Below the pieces are notes generated by a model. It had not been told where the DNA came from. It did no database searches and saw only the letters and a program-made list of their open reading frames with translations. The translations under genes and the position numbers were made by a program. A DNA stretch of 64,000 nt. It comes from Hyphomicrobiaceae bacterium. Lineage in GTDB: Bacteria; Pseudomonadota; Alphaproteobacteria; Rhizobiales; Hyphomicrobiaceae. Each line of letters starts with the position of its first letter. The first letter of the stretch is position 1. Positions 19,149 through 28,808 of the stretch are shown here, in pieces. The stretch spans positions 1,611,514 through 1,675,513 of the forward strand of contig CBDCWA010000004.1 in the NCBI GenBank assembly GCA_965223255.1. The letters are read 5' to 3'.

Positions 19149-19164
19149 TGCAACTCCTGTGCCA
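19149..19164 (-). promoter_or_regulatory. sigma54 -24/-12 promoter, exact consensus, reading into the polyferredoxin-kinase-regulator operon
   Basis: Plus strand GCAACTCCTGTGCCA = minus strand TGGCACAGGAGTTGCA; about 55 nt upstream of ORF start 19083. Confidence 0.55.
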
Positions 19165-20049
19165 TCACCAATACTCTTTGGCGTCCTGTGTCGACGGCTC
19201 GGCAGATAGCCTTTCAGCGCCGTGACTTGGGCAGGAGGAGCACTGAGGCTGACAAATTGTCATGGGTCGGAGGCGCTGAATATGCCAGTCTGTCAGGTCT
19301 GCGCCAAGCATGTTTGATGCTAGTCTCGGATCGACCATATCGAGTGTCTGGAGTCTCTCCGAAAGAGGGGTCCAATAGATCGGTCTTAGCTATGCCCGAC
19401 AACTGGAGGGCAAATATTTGGGGGCAGACCAACCATCGGATATGCGACGACATTTTGCCGAGTTAGCGAAAGCTTCGCAGCAAGAACGCACGAGCTTCTG
19501 TGCTGCCCACTGAGAGCGGACATCACCCGGCGTGGGGCTGACATCGCGGTGGGGGCAAACGAGAAAGTCACACTGAAGCATTGGCTTACAGCCATGGATG
19601 GATGAGCTGGACCGATCGGTACAATTGTAGCTAATGTCCCACTTGGCGTTCAGGACCAGTTCCATCACCAGCAAGTGCCGGCAGTTAGTCTCGATTTGAT
19701 GAGAATTCCTCGTCAATATCGATGAGCCGGCGCCAGAGCATACAAGCGCGGTGCACGAACACGACGCCAGATCAGACACTTGCACTTCCTTTCCATACGG
19801 CCCCGGCACGCTTCTTTTGATCGAGTCGGGAATCAAATGCCATACGCATCGTAGGCTTTGCTCATGGAGCGCGGGCAGTCATGCCAAGTATTTGGCAAGA
19901 TTTGACGCACATCAAAAACTACGCGCAAGACTTGCATGGAACTTGCATGGAAAGAGCAAATTGCCTGCAGAAGTGGAGAGAGCCGTTGGTCCATGATGGT
20001 GATGTGCAGGCCCGTCGCAAAGGGACGGCTCATTTTAGGAGGAAGTAAG

Positions 20050-20346
20050 ATGGCTGCAATGTTCGCGCGAATCCGTACGCCTGTCGCGGGGAAGCACGTC
20101 GACGGTTATAAGTTCGCTCAGGAGCGGGCGAAGGCGATGAAGGATGTTTTGGGAATTGACCAAGAGGTCTATGTGCGCCTGGGTGGTCCGGTCGGCCAGG
20201 TGATTGCGGTCTCGAAGCACAACAGCATCGCCGAGATCGAGGAAGTGAAGAAGAAAGTGATTAAGGCAGACGGCGAGGGAAAGTTACCGACAGCGCCGGC
20301 GGGTACCTTCTCTGAGATCGTCGATCACGTCTGGCTGCAGGAATAA
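20050..20346 (+). CDS. hypothetical small protein (98 aa)
   Basis: ATG 20050 with GGAGGA RBS; the upstream part of the 19936 ORF lacks coding character. Confidence 0.45.
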   Translation: MAAMFARIRTPVAGKHVDGYKFAQERAKAMKDVLGIDQEVYVRLGGPVGQVIAVSKHNSIAEIEEVKKKVIKADGEGKLPTAPAGTFSEIVDHVWLQE

Positions 20347-20766
20347 GGCGGATCCGCAGTGGTCTGCGCGGCCCTACGTGGAATTCAAGAGGCATGTTAG
20401 GAGTGATCCCACCGTTATGGAGAGCGGGATCGGCGGTTGATATGCAGTGTGATCATCGGCTGAAGTGACCAATACTTTGGGGCTAGAAGCTGGTCGAAGC
20501 ACACGCGCACCGCGCAATACGCAAATGGCACAAACGTGCTATTCATAAAAACTGCCTTCGACATAAGACTTGTGCCCATGTGATCCGATTTGCGGCAGCG
20601 CTGCTTCCAGCGAAGGCTCCCGCAGTTCCCGGGGGCTCCGACATCACCTAACGCTGATCCGATAAGCCGTTCAGGGCAAGCAACGACATCTTGCTTGGCA
20701 GCGCCGTGACAGGATCACCTGAGACATAGCGCCTGGCTAGAGGGGTAAGCCGAGGGGTCGTTACGC

Positions 20767-20815
20767 AAAAAATAAACGCGGCCAGCGCTTGCGCCTCTGG
20801 CCGCGTTTATTTTGA
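20767..20815. terminator. bidirectional rho-independent terminator
   Basis: A-tract, stem AAACGCGGCCAG / CTGGCCGCGTTT with 11-nt loop, then TATTTTG; lies between convergent genes. Confidence 0.6.
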
Positions 20816-20830
20816 ATGGATCTTAAGCTC

Positions 20831-21538
20831 CTACTTCAAAGGTTCATAAGCCGGTGCGGATCGCCGACCGAACAAGTTGAATCGGTAACCGATGTTCGCC
20901 GAAAAAATCCATGGATCGAGATCAACGTCGGCGGTGAAGGCGGATCCTACCCAGCTGGCATCGGCATCGAGCCAGGTCTTCTTAACGTCCGCGTTGAGGT
21001 ACCAGCCATCACCAATTGGAACGTCGATACCCACCTGGAGCGTAAAGCCGAAAGCGTTATCGATGCTCAATGTGGGATTCCCGGCCAAGTTGCTCCGGCC
21101 CTCAGCGAAGAAGGCGATATATTGGACACCTGCACCGACGTAAGGCTTGATCCGGCCCATGTTGGTGAAGTGGTATTGCAGCGTTATAGCTGGTGGGAAG
21201 ATCCAGGTATCGCCCAGGTTTATGCCATTAAGCACGCCTTTGCCGTCAACGTTGTGTTTGGCGAAGCAGCAGAAGAGTTCCAGGGCAAGATTCGGGCTGA
21301 CGAAATATGTGAGTGTCGCTGAGGGGATGACCTCCGTGCTGACCTCTGCGTCAGCGCCCGCTACGGGTACGCCACCTGAAAACACATCGGCACTCGAGTC
21401 CGGATGGACAACGCTGGCACCCAACCGGATCATGAAGTCACCGTTGTAATCACCGGCCGCCACCCGCTGATCCGACACAGCTATAGCGCACAGCGAAAGC
21501 GCCAGCGCAGCGGTTAGCATCTTAAGTTGTCGTAACAT
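20831..21538 (-). CDS. ompW: OmpW-family outer-membrane beta-barrel protein
   Basis: Signal peptide; alternating amphipathic strands; C-terminal ...GYRF; resembles the OmpW/AlkL family. Confidence 0.75.
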   Translation of the reverse strand: MLRQLKMLTAALALSLCAIAVSDQRVAAGDYNGDFMIRLGASVVHPDSSADVFSGGVPVAGADAEVSTEVIPSATLTYFVSPNLALELFCCFAKHNVDGKGVLNGINLGDTWIFPPAITLQYHFTNMGRIKPYVGAGVQYIAFFAEGRSNLAGNPTLSIDNAFGFTLQVGIDVPIGDGWYLNADVKKTWLDADASWVGSAFTADVDLDPWIFSANIGYRFNLFGRRSAPAYEPLK

Positions 21539-21896
21539 TTTGGCCCCTCGAAAAGAAAAGAATTTCTGGACAAGAGGTTTGCTGATTCGCGAGGGCGGGC
21601 CAATATCCGGGATGCCACAGGCAGGGCGGAAAGGTCATAACACCTGCCAGGCCGATGAGGCTTACTGATTTGGACCACCCATAGCCCGGCGCTGGGCTGG
21701 TGCCGGCATTAGGCGTGCTCCGGCCATCGACTCGATGGTCCCAGTTGTGGAGAGTCGAACGTTTCAAGTCTTGGCGCAATAAGGCAACAAACCGACCCAA
21801 TATTATAGGGCTGATGCTCCATACACCGGAGGAATCAAAGCTGTAGGAACTCTATGCGGCACTGATCGTTCAACCGTGTGGTCACCCTAAAAGGAA

Positions 21897-22586
21897 TCAC
21901 GCCGCGACCAGTTCTTTAGCTCCTTCCACGCCGAGATTGTCGCGCAGCGTTCTTACGGTCGCCTCGGAGCGGAACACATTGCGCTTCTGCAGGATCGGCA
22001 CGACGTAGTCAACGAAATCATCAAGACCGGTTGGGAAGCAGCCGATCATTAGGTTGAATCCATCGGCCGCGCCGTCGCGCCACTGCGCCTCGACGAGATC
22101 GGCCACCTGCTCGGGCGTACCGACCAACTGCCGATGGCCGCCGACATTGTGGTATACTATTTTACGTACTGTCAGCTTTTCCACTGTCGCCAACCGGAGA
22201 GCTGCTGCCCGGACTCCTTCGGATGCGCTGAACTGATCGTTGGCGAGGGTCTTGTCGACTGGCATCGGCTCGTCAAACTTCAGGTCTTCAACCTTGCAAC
22301 CAACACGGCGTGCAAGCTTTTTCAACTCCGCCTGGCCGCCCAGTTCATCGAGCTTTTCCTTGCGCGCCCGGGCCTCCGCCTCCGTAGAGCCGATCACGGA
22401 CATCAGTCCTGGCAGAACCTTTATCCGGTCTGGATCACGACCAAATCTGGCGGCATGCCTGCGGATATCGGTGCAGAACTCCGTCGCCGCGTCTGTCGTG
22501 TTCTGCGCCGTAAACACGACGTCGGCGATGCGCGCAGCCAGATTGCGGCCCAGACCACACGAACCGTCGGCCACGAAGGGCATCAC
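21897..22586 (-). pseudogene. luciferase-like monooxygenase (NtaA/SsuD/DszA group), C-terminal about half only
   Basis: 229 aa matching only the C-terminal part of about 440-aa LLM enzymes (DVVFTAQ..., FNLMIGCFPTGLDDFVDYVVPILQKRNVFR); the required N-terminal TIM-barrel half is not encoded upstream. Confidence 0.5.
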
Positions 22587-22785
22587 TATGCGGTTAAGGG
22601 GCCACTGACATTGCCTCGGACGCCACTGGGCCGCACACTTCTGTTCCAGGCCCTTTGTTAAGAGTCTTGACTTGTATCAAGTCGATGGTTTGCTCATCGC
22701 CATCGGAGGATTGACCCAAAATTAGTCGGCCTAAGCCTCTAACGTGTGAACAAGTCTCGGTCCTGGGCAAGCCTCTGGAGCCACA

Positions 22786-23697
22786 CTAACTGACGGGATC
22801 CGGGTCGCGCACGGTCACCCGCCGCATCATACGGCGCTTGTCCGGTGAAAAGTACGTCCGCGCGTGTATCGAGCAGCGATTGTCCCACATCATCATGTCG
22901 CCAACCGTCCAGACATGTTCGTAGACGAACTCAGGGCTCTCGATGTGATCAAACAGATAGTTGAGTATTTCGTCGCTCTCTTGGCGAGCCAAGCCATCAA
23001 TCGACAGCGTCATGAGGCGATTAACGAAGAGTGCCTTTCTGCCGGTCTCCGGGTGCGTGCGAACGATGGGGTGGACCCAATGCGGTGCTTCTGTGTTGAT
23101 CTCGTCCGGCCGGAGCGTTGGATTGCCGCTATAATCGTAGTAATTCAGCGCTCTTAGACCCTCCAATCGCCTCTTCCAATCTACGGACAAAGCGTCATAA
23201 GCCATGGCACAATTTGCAAATAACGTATTTCCCCCTTCATCCGGCACTTCAATCGCGTATAGCGTTGCCCCAAGGCAGGGGTGTTCGTAGTAGCACTGGT
23301 CGTAGTGGAACATCATCTCGCCGTCCTCGAGCGCGGTAGGCCGGCCAGTGTCGTTGGCATTGGTGATCATCATCACGGCAGGATGGTCTCCACCGACAGC
23401 CTGGCCGGTTCGGACGAGTTCCAAGTCTCCGAAATAGCGGCAGAACCGTTCTTGATCGTCCTCCGTGAGATCTTGCCCCGGAAATAAGATGATCACGTTG
23501 TCGAGCAGAGCCTGCTTAATCTCACGAACCGCCTCCTGGTCTAGGTCATGGCCGAGATCGACACCTTCAATTCGGGCACCGAGCGCGTCCGAGAGCCTGT
23601 CAAAGGTGATCCGTCGCCTATTCATGCCAAGCCCCTCTTCATGTGGTTCAACAGTCCGCGGTTCCAATTCCAGCAATCCTTCAAAAAGAACTACCAA
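22786..23697 (-). CDS. TauD/TfdA-family Fe(II)/2-oxoglutarate-dependent dioxygenase
   Basis: HYDQ... His-x-Asp region, WDNRCSIHAR C-terminal motif typical of TauD. Confidence 0.85.
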   Translation of the reverse strand: MVVLFEGLLELEPRTVEPHEEGLGMNRRRITFDRLSDALGARIEGVDLGHDLDQEAVREIKQALLDNVIILFPGQDLTEDDQERFCRYFGDLELVRTGQAVGGDHPAVMMITNANDTGRPTALEDGEMMFHYDQCYYEHPCLGATLYAIEVPDEGGNTLFANCAMAYDALSVDWKRRLEGLRALNYYDYSGNPTLRPDEINTEAPHWVHPIVRTHPETGRKALFVNRLMTLSIDGLARQESDEILNYLFDHIESPEFVYEHVWTVGDMMMWDNRCSIHARTYFSPDKRRMMRRVTVRDPDPVS

Positions 23698-23965
23698 ATT
23701 CTCTGTGGTATGGCCCCTGAAGACGGGGCTATCGACAGAATTGCTGTGTCAGATTATGGCGCATAATGTCGTATTGCCGGCCCACAACGCACCGGCCGGC
23801 CTCCGCCCGATCCATCAACTGATAAGATACCTTGGTCGGTCGTACGTGTATCGCTTCCGCTTCCATTTGATCCGAATACATTCGCCAAAGTTTCACTCGC
23901 TGATCGGTCGCTTTTCGCAAGCTTTGCTGGCGCCGTCGATGGCTACATCTAGGCCAGGTAGTATT

Positions 23966-25144
23966 TCAGGCAGCCGGGCTGTAAGTTCGTCCAGCCTTCG
24001 TACCCGGAAGACTAGCGATCTGTGGATACACTTCTTCGGCAAACATCTTGATGTTCTTCACGGTCCGTTTGTGGTCCAGGAAGCCGGCCTGCATCATCAT
24101 AAGCAGATGATCGAAACCGCCGACACGCTCATACTGACGCTTGATCTGCTTGACGATAGAGTCGGGCGTGCCGTACATCATTGTCCCGGCTTCCCGGGCA
24201 TCCTCCATTTTCAAGCCGCGAACACTCTCGCTCCGTGAAGTGCGAGCCGATCCGGAGCCTTTTAAAGCCTCGACATTATAGGAGACAGGGACATAGCCTG
24301 GCGGATTACGGAACTGTGGCTCAACCTTCGCAGCGAGATACCATGCGAGCTCCCGGGCGCCTGCCTCTGCTTCCACTTCGGTATCCCCGACGTACATCAG
24401 CGGCATGAAGGCAACGCCTCCCCCGCCCGGTTGACCATTATCCTTGTAGTTCTCCCGATAGGCATCGAACAACTTCCGTGCCTGCTGATGGGGTTGCAAG
24501 AAGGTGGCAAATACGAAACCGGCCGCCGCCGCTCGCTTAACTGACTCGACATCACTCGATCCGGTGACCCAGACCGGTGGATGAGGAATCTGATAGGGCC
24601 GCGGCCATAGGTTCACCGATCGTTTATGCGTGAACTGCCCCTCGAAATTGAACGGGCCGGTTGTCGTTGTCCAAGCCTTCACACATAGGTCGACACCTTC
24701 CCACAGCCTACCAAGCGTTTGGGTTGGATTGGTGTTTGCTGCAAAAACCTCATAGGGCACACCGCGCACGAAACCCGCGTCAAGCCGGCCCCTGGAAATA
24801 CAGTCGACCATTGCCATCTCTTCCGCAATGCGGATGGGGTCGCCACGATTTGCAATTGGATTGCCGAGTATGCAAAGCCGCGCCTTCTTCGTCTCGCGCG
24901 CCAGTATCGCCAGCGACAAGGGCGCTGCCACATCGATGCACGTCGCGGTTTGATGGTGTTCATTGACCATCAAGTCCAGTCCAGCCTCATCAGCGATGAT
25001 GTATTCGTCCAGATACCGGTTGTAGAGATCCGCCCCAACCTTTGGGTCGAAGTGTTTGCTCGGTAGCGAGACGCGGATCGATGATACCTCCTCGAAAGGC
25101 GGCAAATGTGGGTAGGGCATTTCTGTGAAGTACCAAGCCCGCAT
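23966..25144 (-). CDS. LLM-class flavin-dependent monooxygenase (full length)
   Basis: 392 aa luciferase-like fold signature. Confidence 0.85.
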   Translation of the reverse strand: MRAWYFTEMPYPHLPPFEEVSSIRVSLPSKHFDPKVGADLYNRYLDEYIIADEAGLDLMVNEHHQTATCIDVAAPLSLAILARETKKARLCILGNPIANRGDPIRIAEEMAMVDCISRGRLDAGFVRGVPYEVFAANTNPTQTLGRLWEGVDLCVKAWTTTTGPFNFEGQFTHKRSVNLWPRPYQIPHPPVWVTGSSDVESVKRAAAAGFVFATFLQPHQQARKLFDAYRENYKDNGQPGGGGVAFMPLMYVGDTEVEAEAGARELAWYLAAKVEPQFRNPPGYVPVSYNVEALKGSGSARTSRSESVRGLKMEDAREAGTMMYGTPDSIVKQIKRQYERVGGFDHLLMMMQAGFLDHKRTVKNIKMFAEEVYPQIASLPGTKAGRTYSPAA

Positions 25145-25675
25145 CTATGCTTTTCCTCTAGGCGATACAGATTCCGTAACAATATGTTTCTAGCTGCGCC
25201 AGAATCATTGCCAGATTGATCTGGATCAAAGGGCGGCAATCGAGCGCGGTAAGGCAGCACTCATTGGACTTACGACAGCTCCTTAGACCCTGTCGTACAG
25301 ACGACTAACGCGGCCCAAAACTAGGCCGTGCCGGCTGGCTCCCGGCGTTGATGCAAACTGCTGGGCGACCAATTGAGCTCTAATCTAGCCAAGCAATATT
25401 GCACCGTGGATATTCGCGTAACCAACGTCTGGAACCGGTCAAACTCGGCCATCGCACTACGTCCCCGCCGAGGCTGCTCTAACTCCAAGAACAGACCAAA
25501 ACTAGCTGCGGCGTCGGAGATGCACCCTTGTTCTGAAATGAGGGGTAGAGCGGACATTGATTTGTGCGACGCCGATAACCGAGTTTGACCCTGAGCCGTG
25601 ATAAGATGTTCACAAAGATTTTCTGCCCCACCCGTTCTGGTTTCGAGAAGAACAACAGTCGATAGCAGCAATTCC

Positions 25676-26128
25676 CTATTTTGCTCTAGATTGCTTCAGA
25701 AGCAATTTTCCCGCCAGCTCTGAAACCACCCATTCTTCCACAATTTTCCCGTTCTCAAATCGGGTAACCACCATGTCTATCCATTGAACCTTCCTGTTGC
25801 TGGCAGGAATACCCATCATTTCTGCCTTATGGGTGCCGCCCAGTGTGCGCTGCCATATGGTGGTCTCATCCGCTTGTGCCAGGAATGCAATTTTCAGAAC
25901 CGTGATATCGGGAATCGCTGAGCGGAGTTGATTTGTCCATCGTTTGATATTTGTCCATCGTTTGATAAAGGTGTGCCCCCTAAATTCACTGTCTCCCGCA
26001 TGTGCGATGTAATCGTGTGAGAAAATTTCGTCCAAGAAATCCAAGTTTCCTTGAGTGAGTTGTTCAAGCCCGAATCTGATGTGCGCTTCTTTGTCCATAA
26101 TCGTCGTGTCCAACATAGCTCGTGGCAA
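25676..26128 (-). CDS. SnoaL-like/ester-cyclase-fold protein (NTF2-like)
   Basis: 150 aa; contains an exact in-frame duplication IKRWTN-IKRWTN. Confidence 0.55.
   Translation of the reverse strand: MPRAMLDTTIMDKEAHIRFGLEQLTQGNLDFLDEIFSHDYIAHAGDSEFRGHTFIKRWTNIKRWTNQLRSAIPDITVLKIAFLAQADETTIWQRTLGGTHKAEMMGIPASNRKVQWIDMVVTRFENGKIVEEWVVSELAGKLLLKQSRAK
25932..25967. repeat. perfect 18-bp tandem duplication (TTTGTCCATCGTTTGATA x2) inside the CDS
   Basis: Direct reading of sequence 25932-25949 = 25950-25967. Confidence 0.9.
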
Positions 26129-26491
26129 GCAGTTCGTTGAATGCTGATTGTACAGATCACTTGGGCGACGGATCGGCGGGTCCGCGACGATTTCGCTGAA
26201 TTTTTCTCTGGCCTACGGGCTGATCGCAACGGAGGCAATCGCGGTAGCCATCGCCCTCGCACGTCATTTCGATGTCTCATTTGTCGGATAATCTCGTTGA
26301 TTGGCCCACTGCGTCGATCAGGTTGGCGATTACGATCGTCCGACGCTGGAAGTACCGCACCCGCGGTCCTGATCCGGAGCGCGATCGGCAGTTGCCGAAG
26401 ATTGAGCTGACATGCCCAGGGACGGGCGCTACTCACCTTCGCACCCACGTGAGACATCGCGTGATGACTCCTAAAAACGGAGACGCCAATC

Positions 26492-27157
26492 ATGGCTGAG
26501 GCACTGACATTTTACACACATCCGATGTCGCGTGGGCGAACGGTGCGCTGGATGCTTGAGGAAATCGGGCAACCCTATGAAACCGAAGTGCTGACGTACG
26601 GCGGGACGATGAAGTCACCGGGGTACCTGGCCATCAATCCGATGGGAAAGGTTCCTGCGATCAAACATGGCAACACGGTCGTTACGGAGTGCGGCGCAAT
26701 CCTCGCATATCTAGCGGATGCATTCCCCGACGCCGGTTTGGCCCCAGCGATCAACGATCCGCGGCGTGGTGCGTACTATCGGTGGCTGTTCTTCGGTGCA
26801 GGTTGTGTTGAGGGGGCCTCTGGCGCTGCCGCCATCGGCATCAAGGAATTGAACGAGCGCCAGCGGGCGATGGCTGGCTTCGGCTCGCTGCAACAGGTCG
26901 TCGACACACTCGACCAAGCACTATCACGGCCTCAGCCCTATTTGACTGGCGACACGTTCACGGCTGCCGACCTATATATTGGGTCCCAGCTTGCTTGGCT
27001 AACCAGTTTCGGCGTGTTTGATAAGCGCGACTCGTTCGTAGCCTTCATAGATCGGGTCACGTCGCGCGAGGCCGGCAAGCGAGCCGACCGAATCGATGAG
27101 CAATTGCTGGCCCAAGACCCGGGGCTGATCCCTGAAGGCATGGGTGAGGGCCCTTAG
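26492..27157 (+). CDS. glutathione S-transferase
   Basis: N-terminal thioredoxin-like GST motif ...YTHPMSRGRTVRWMLEE...INPMGKVPAI...; C-terminal helical domain. Confidence 0.8.
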   Translation: MAEALTFYTHPMSRGRTVRWMLEEIGQPYETEVLTYGGTMKSPGYLAINPMGKVPAIKHGNTVVTECGAILAYLADAFPDAGLAPAINDPRRGAYYRWLFFGAGCVEGASGAAAIGIKELNERQRAMAGFGSLQQVVDTLDQALSRPQPYLTGDTFTAADLYIGSQLAWLTSFGVFDKRDSFVAFIDRVTSREAGKRADRIDEQLLAQDPGLIPEGMGEGP

Positions 27158-27439
27158 CAGAGGCCGACCGCTTGAGAGGAATGCAGTCAGCGCGAACTGG
27201 CAGGCCAGATTTTGCCCGTTGGCGAACTCAAGCATGCGCTTGGCGATAACCGGTGCTGGGGGTGAATCGGAATGTTGATCGAAGAAGCGGACATAGGTCC
27301 GCTGTTGGTGGCTAAGCTGTCCCAAAACCTTCAGATCACGATGGTCGCCCAATGACCCAAAGGCGGAAACAAAATAGCTTGGCGCAGTCCCCGACAAAAT
27401 CATCCACGTCAGTGTTTCTGTGAAGGGGACGGGGTCTTT

Positions 27440-28300
27440 TCAAGCTGCCTTTCTCTTCGCATTGCCGTTCATCAGAACCTGGGTGGCTGCCGCTGTATTG
27501 GAAATAGGCACGTGATAGTTGCGATGCAGCTGGCTCACTTCGCCGGTGAGTGCTCCGCGCATCGCAAGCCAGTTGAGAAGTTCAACGCCCTGTGCGCCAG
27601 CTTCCTTTATCAGCATATGAGTCGAGTATTTCGCTAGCGCATCAGGATCATCAATGAGCTTGTCCATGCTCATCTTGTCGAATGTTTTGTTGACGAAACC
27701 AGCACGTGTTCCATCGAGCTGATGGGAAAGTCCACCGGTTCCAACAACTAGAATACGTTGGTCGGATGCGTAACTGTCGAGTGCCCGTCCGACACTGCGC
27801 CCAAGCGCAAGACATCGGCGTGGAGATGGCAACGGATGTTGTACGGTATTCACTGCAATCGGGACAACTTTGACCGGCCATTCTCCTCCGCCCGGCCACA
27901 TCAGCTGCATCGGAATGGTAGATGCATGGTCGACGAGCATTTCCTGGCACATGGTAATGTCGAACTCATCGCCGACGACCGAATTGATGATATGCCAGGA
28001 CAAATCGGGATCACCGAGGAACCTTCGGGCGACCGGGATACCCCAACCCTCGTCTTCGCTATGATATTCTGCAGCAGCCCCAATCGCGAAGGTTGGAAGT
28101 TTGTCCAGAAAGAAGTTCAAGCCATGGTCATTATAGAAGATCACCACGACATCAGGCTCGTTCTCGTTAAGCCAGCTGTGCACAAAATCGAAACCGGAAA
28201 AGAAAGGTTTCCAATAGGGATCATCCTGAAGACCATCAGCAATCGCTTTGCCGATGGATGGCACATGGGTGGTGCCGACTGCCCCAATGACATTGGCCAT
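27440..28300 (-). CDS. class III extradiol dioxygenase catalytic subunit (LigB-like paralog)
   Basis: HVPSIG, VIFYNDHG, PTFAIG, GTGGLSHQL blocks conserved with LigB. Confidence 0.85.
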   Translation of the reverse strand: MANVIGAVGTTHVPSIGKAIADGLQDDPYWKPFFSGFDFVHSWLNENEPDVVVIFYNDHGLNFFLDKLPTFAIGAAAEYHSEDEGWGIPVARRFLGDPDLSWHIINSVVGDEFDITMCQEMLVDHASTIPMQLMWPGGGEWPVKVVPIAVNTVQHPLPSPRRCLALGRSVGRALDSYASDQRILVVGTGGLSHQLDGTRAGFVNKTFDKMSMDKLIDDPDALAKYSTHMLIKEAGAQGVELLNWLAMRGALTGEVSQLHRNYHVPISNTAAATQVLMNGNAKRKAA

Positions 28301-28301
28301 T

Positions 28302-28679
28302 CTAAGCCCTCCCCGCTTCCAGAAGCTTGGCCTTGAACTGGTCTACGCTCATACCCGTCTGCTGTGCGCCGATGTCCTGGACGTTGAGGCCGAATATCCC
28401 CGCCAGCTTGGCCAGATAGTAGATATTGCCGCCGGCCTCGATCATCCTGAGAACATTTCTGCTGCGAACGGCTTCGCGTTGTTCATCGGTCAGGCCAAAT
28501 TTTGCGCAATAGGCATCCTCATCATCGAGGAAGGCCTGACGATTTTCCGCGCTATTAAAAGAAAAGCACATCTTGTTAAGCGCATATCCTTTCTGCGCCT
28601 GGTCCCCATCGAAGAGGGTGGTGCCGGGTATCTGTTGATCTGCCATCTCGTCCATCCGTGTATTCCGATCTCCGGTCAT
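28302..28679 (-). CDS. LigA-like small subunit of extradiol dioxygenase (paralog)
   Basis: IPGTTLFDGDQAQKGYALNKMCFSF / GGNIYYLAKL resemble LigA blocks; start chosen at Met17 of the ORF. Confidence 0.7.
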   Translation of the reverse strand: MTGDRNTRMDEMADQQIPGTTLFDGDQAQKGYALNKMCFSFNSAENRQAFLDDEDAYCAKFGLTDEQREAVRSRNVLRMIEAGGNIYYLAKLAGIFGLNVQDIGAQQTGMSVDQFKAKLLEAGRA

Positions 28680-28808
28680 TAGTTCACACTCGGAAGATGT
28701 CGAAGGTGAAACCTTGATTTGTATCAACGCAACACAAAGTGTCAGATCCTTAGCTATCTAAGTATATTCAGCGGCGCGTCATGTTGACGTTCGGCGGCGC
28801 GTGCGCGT

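Noticed and set aside
22054-22661. Plus-strand ORFs of 60, 175 and 122 aa
   Set aside because: They are antisense to the LLM fragment and show compositional ORFs typical of a GC-rich antisense strand.
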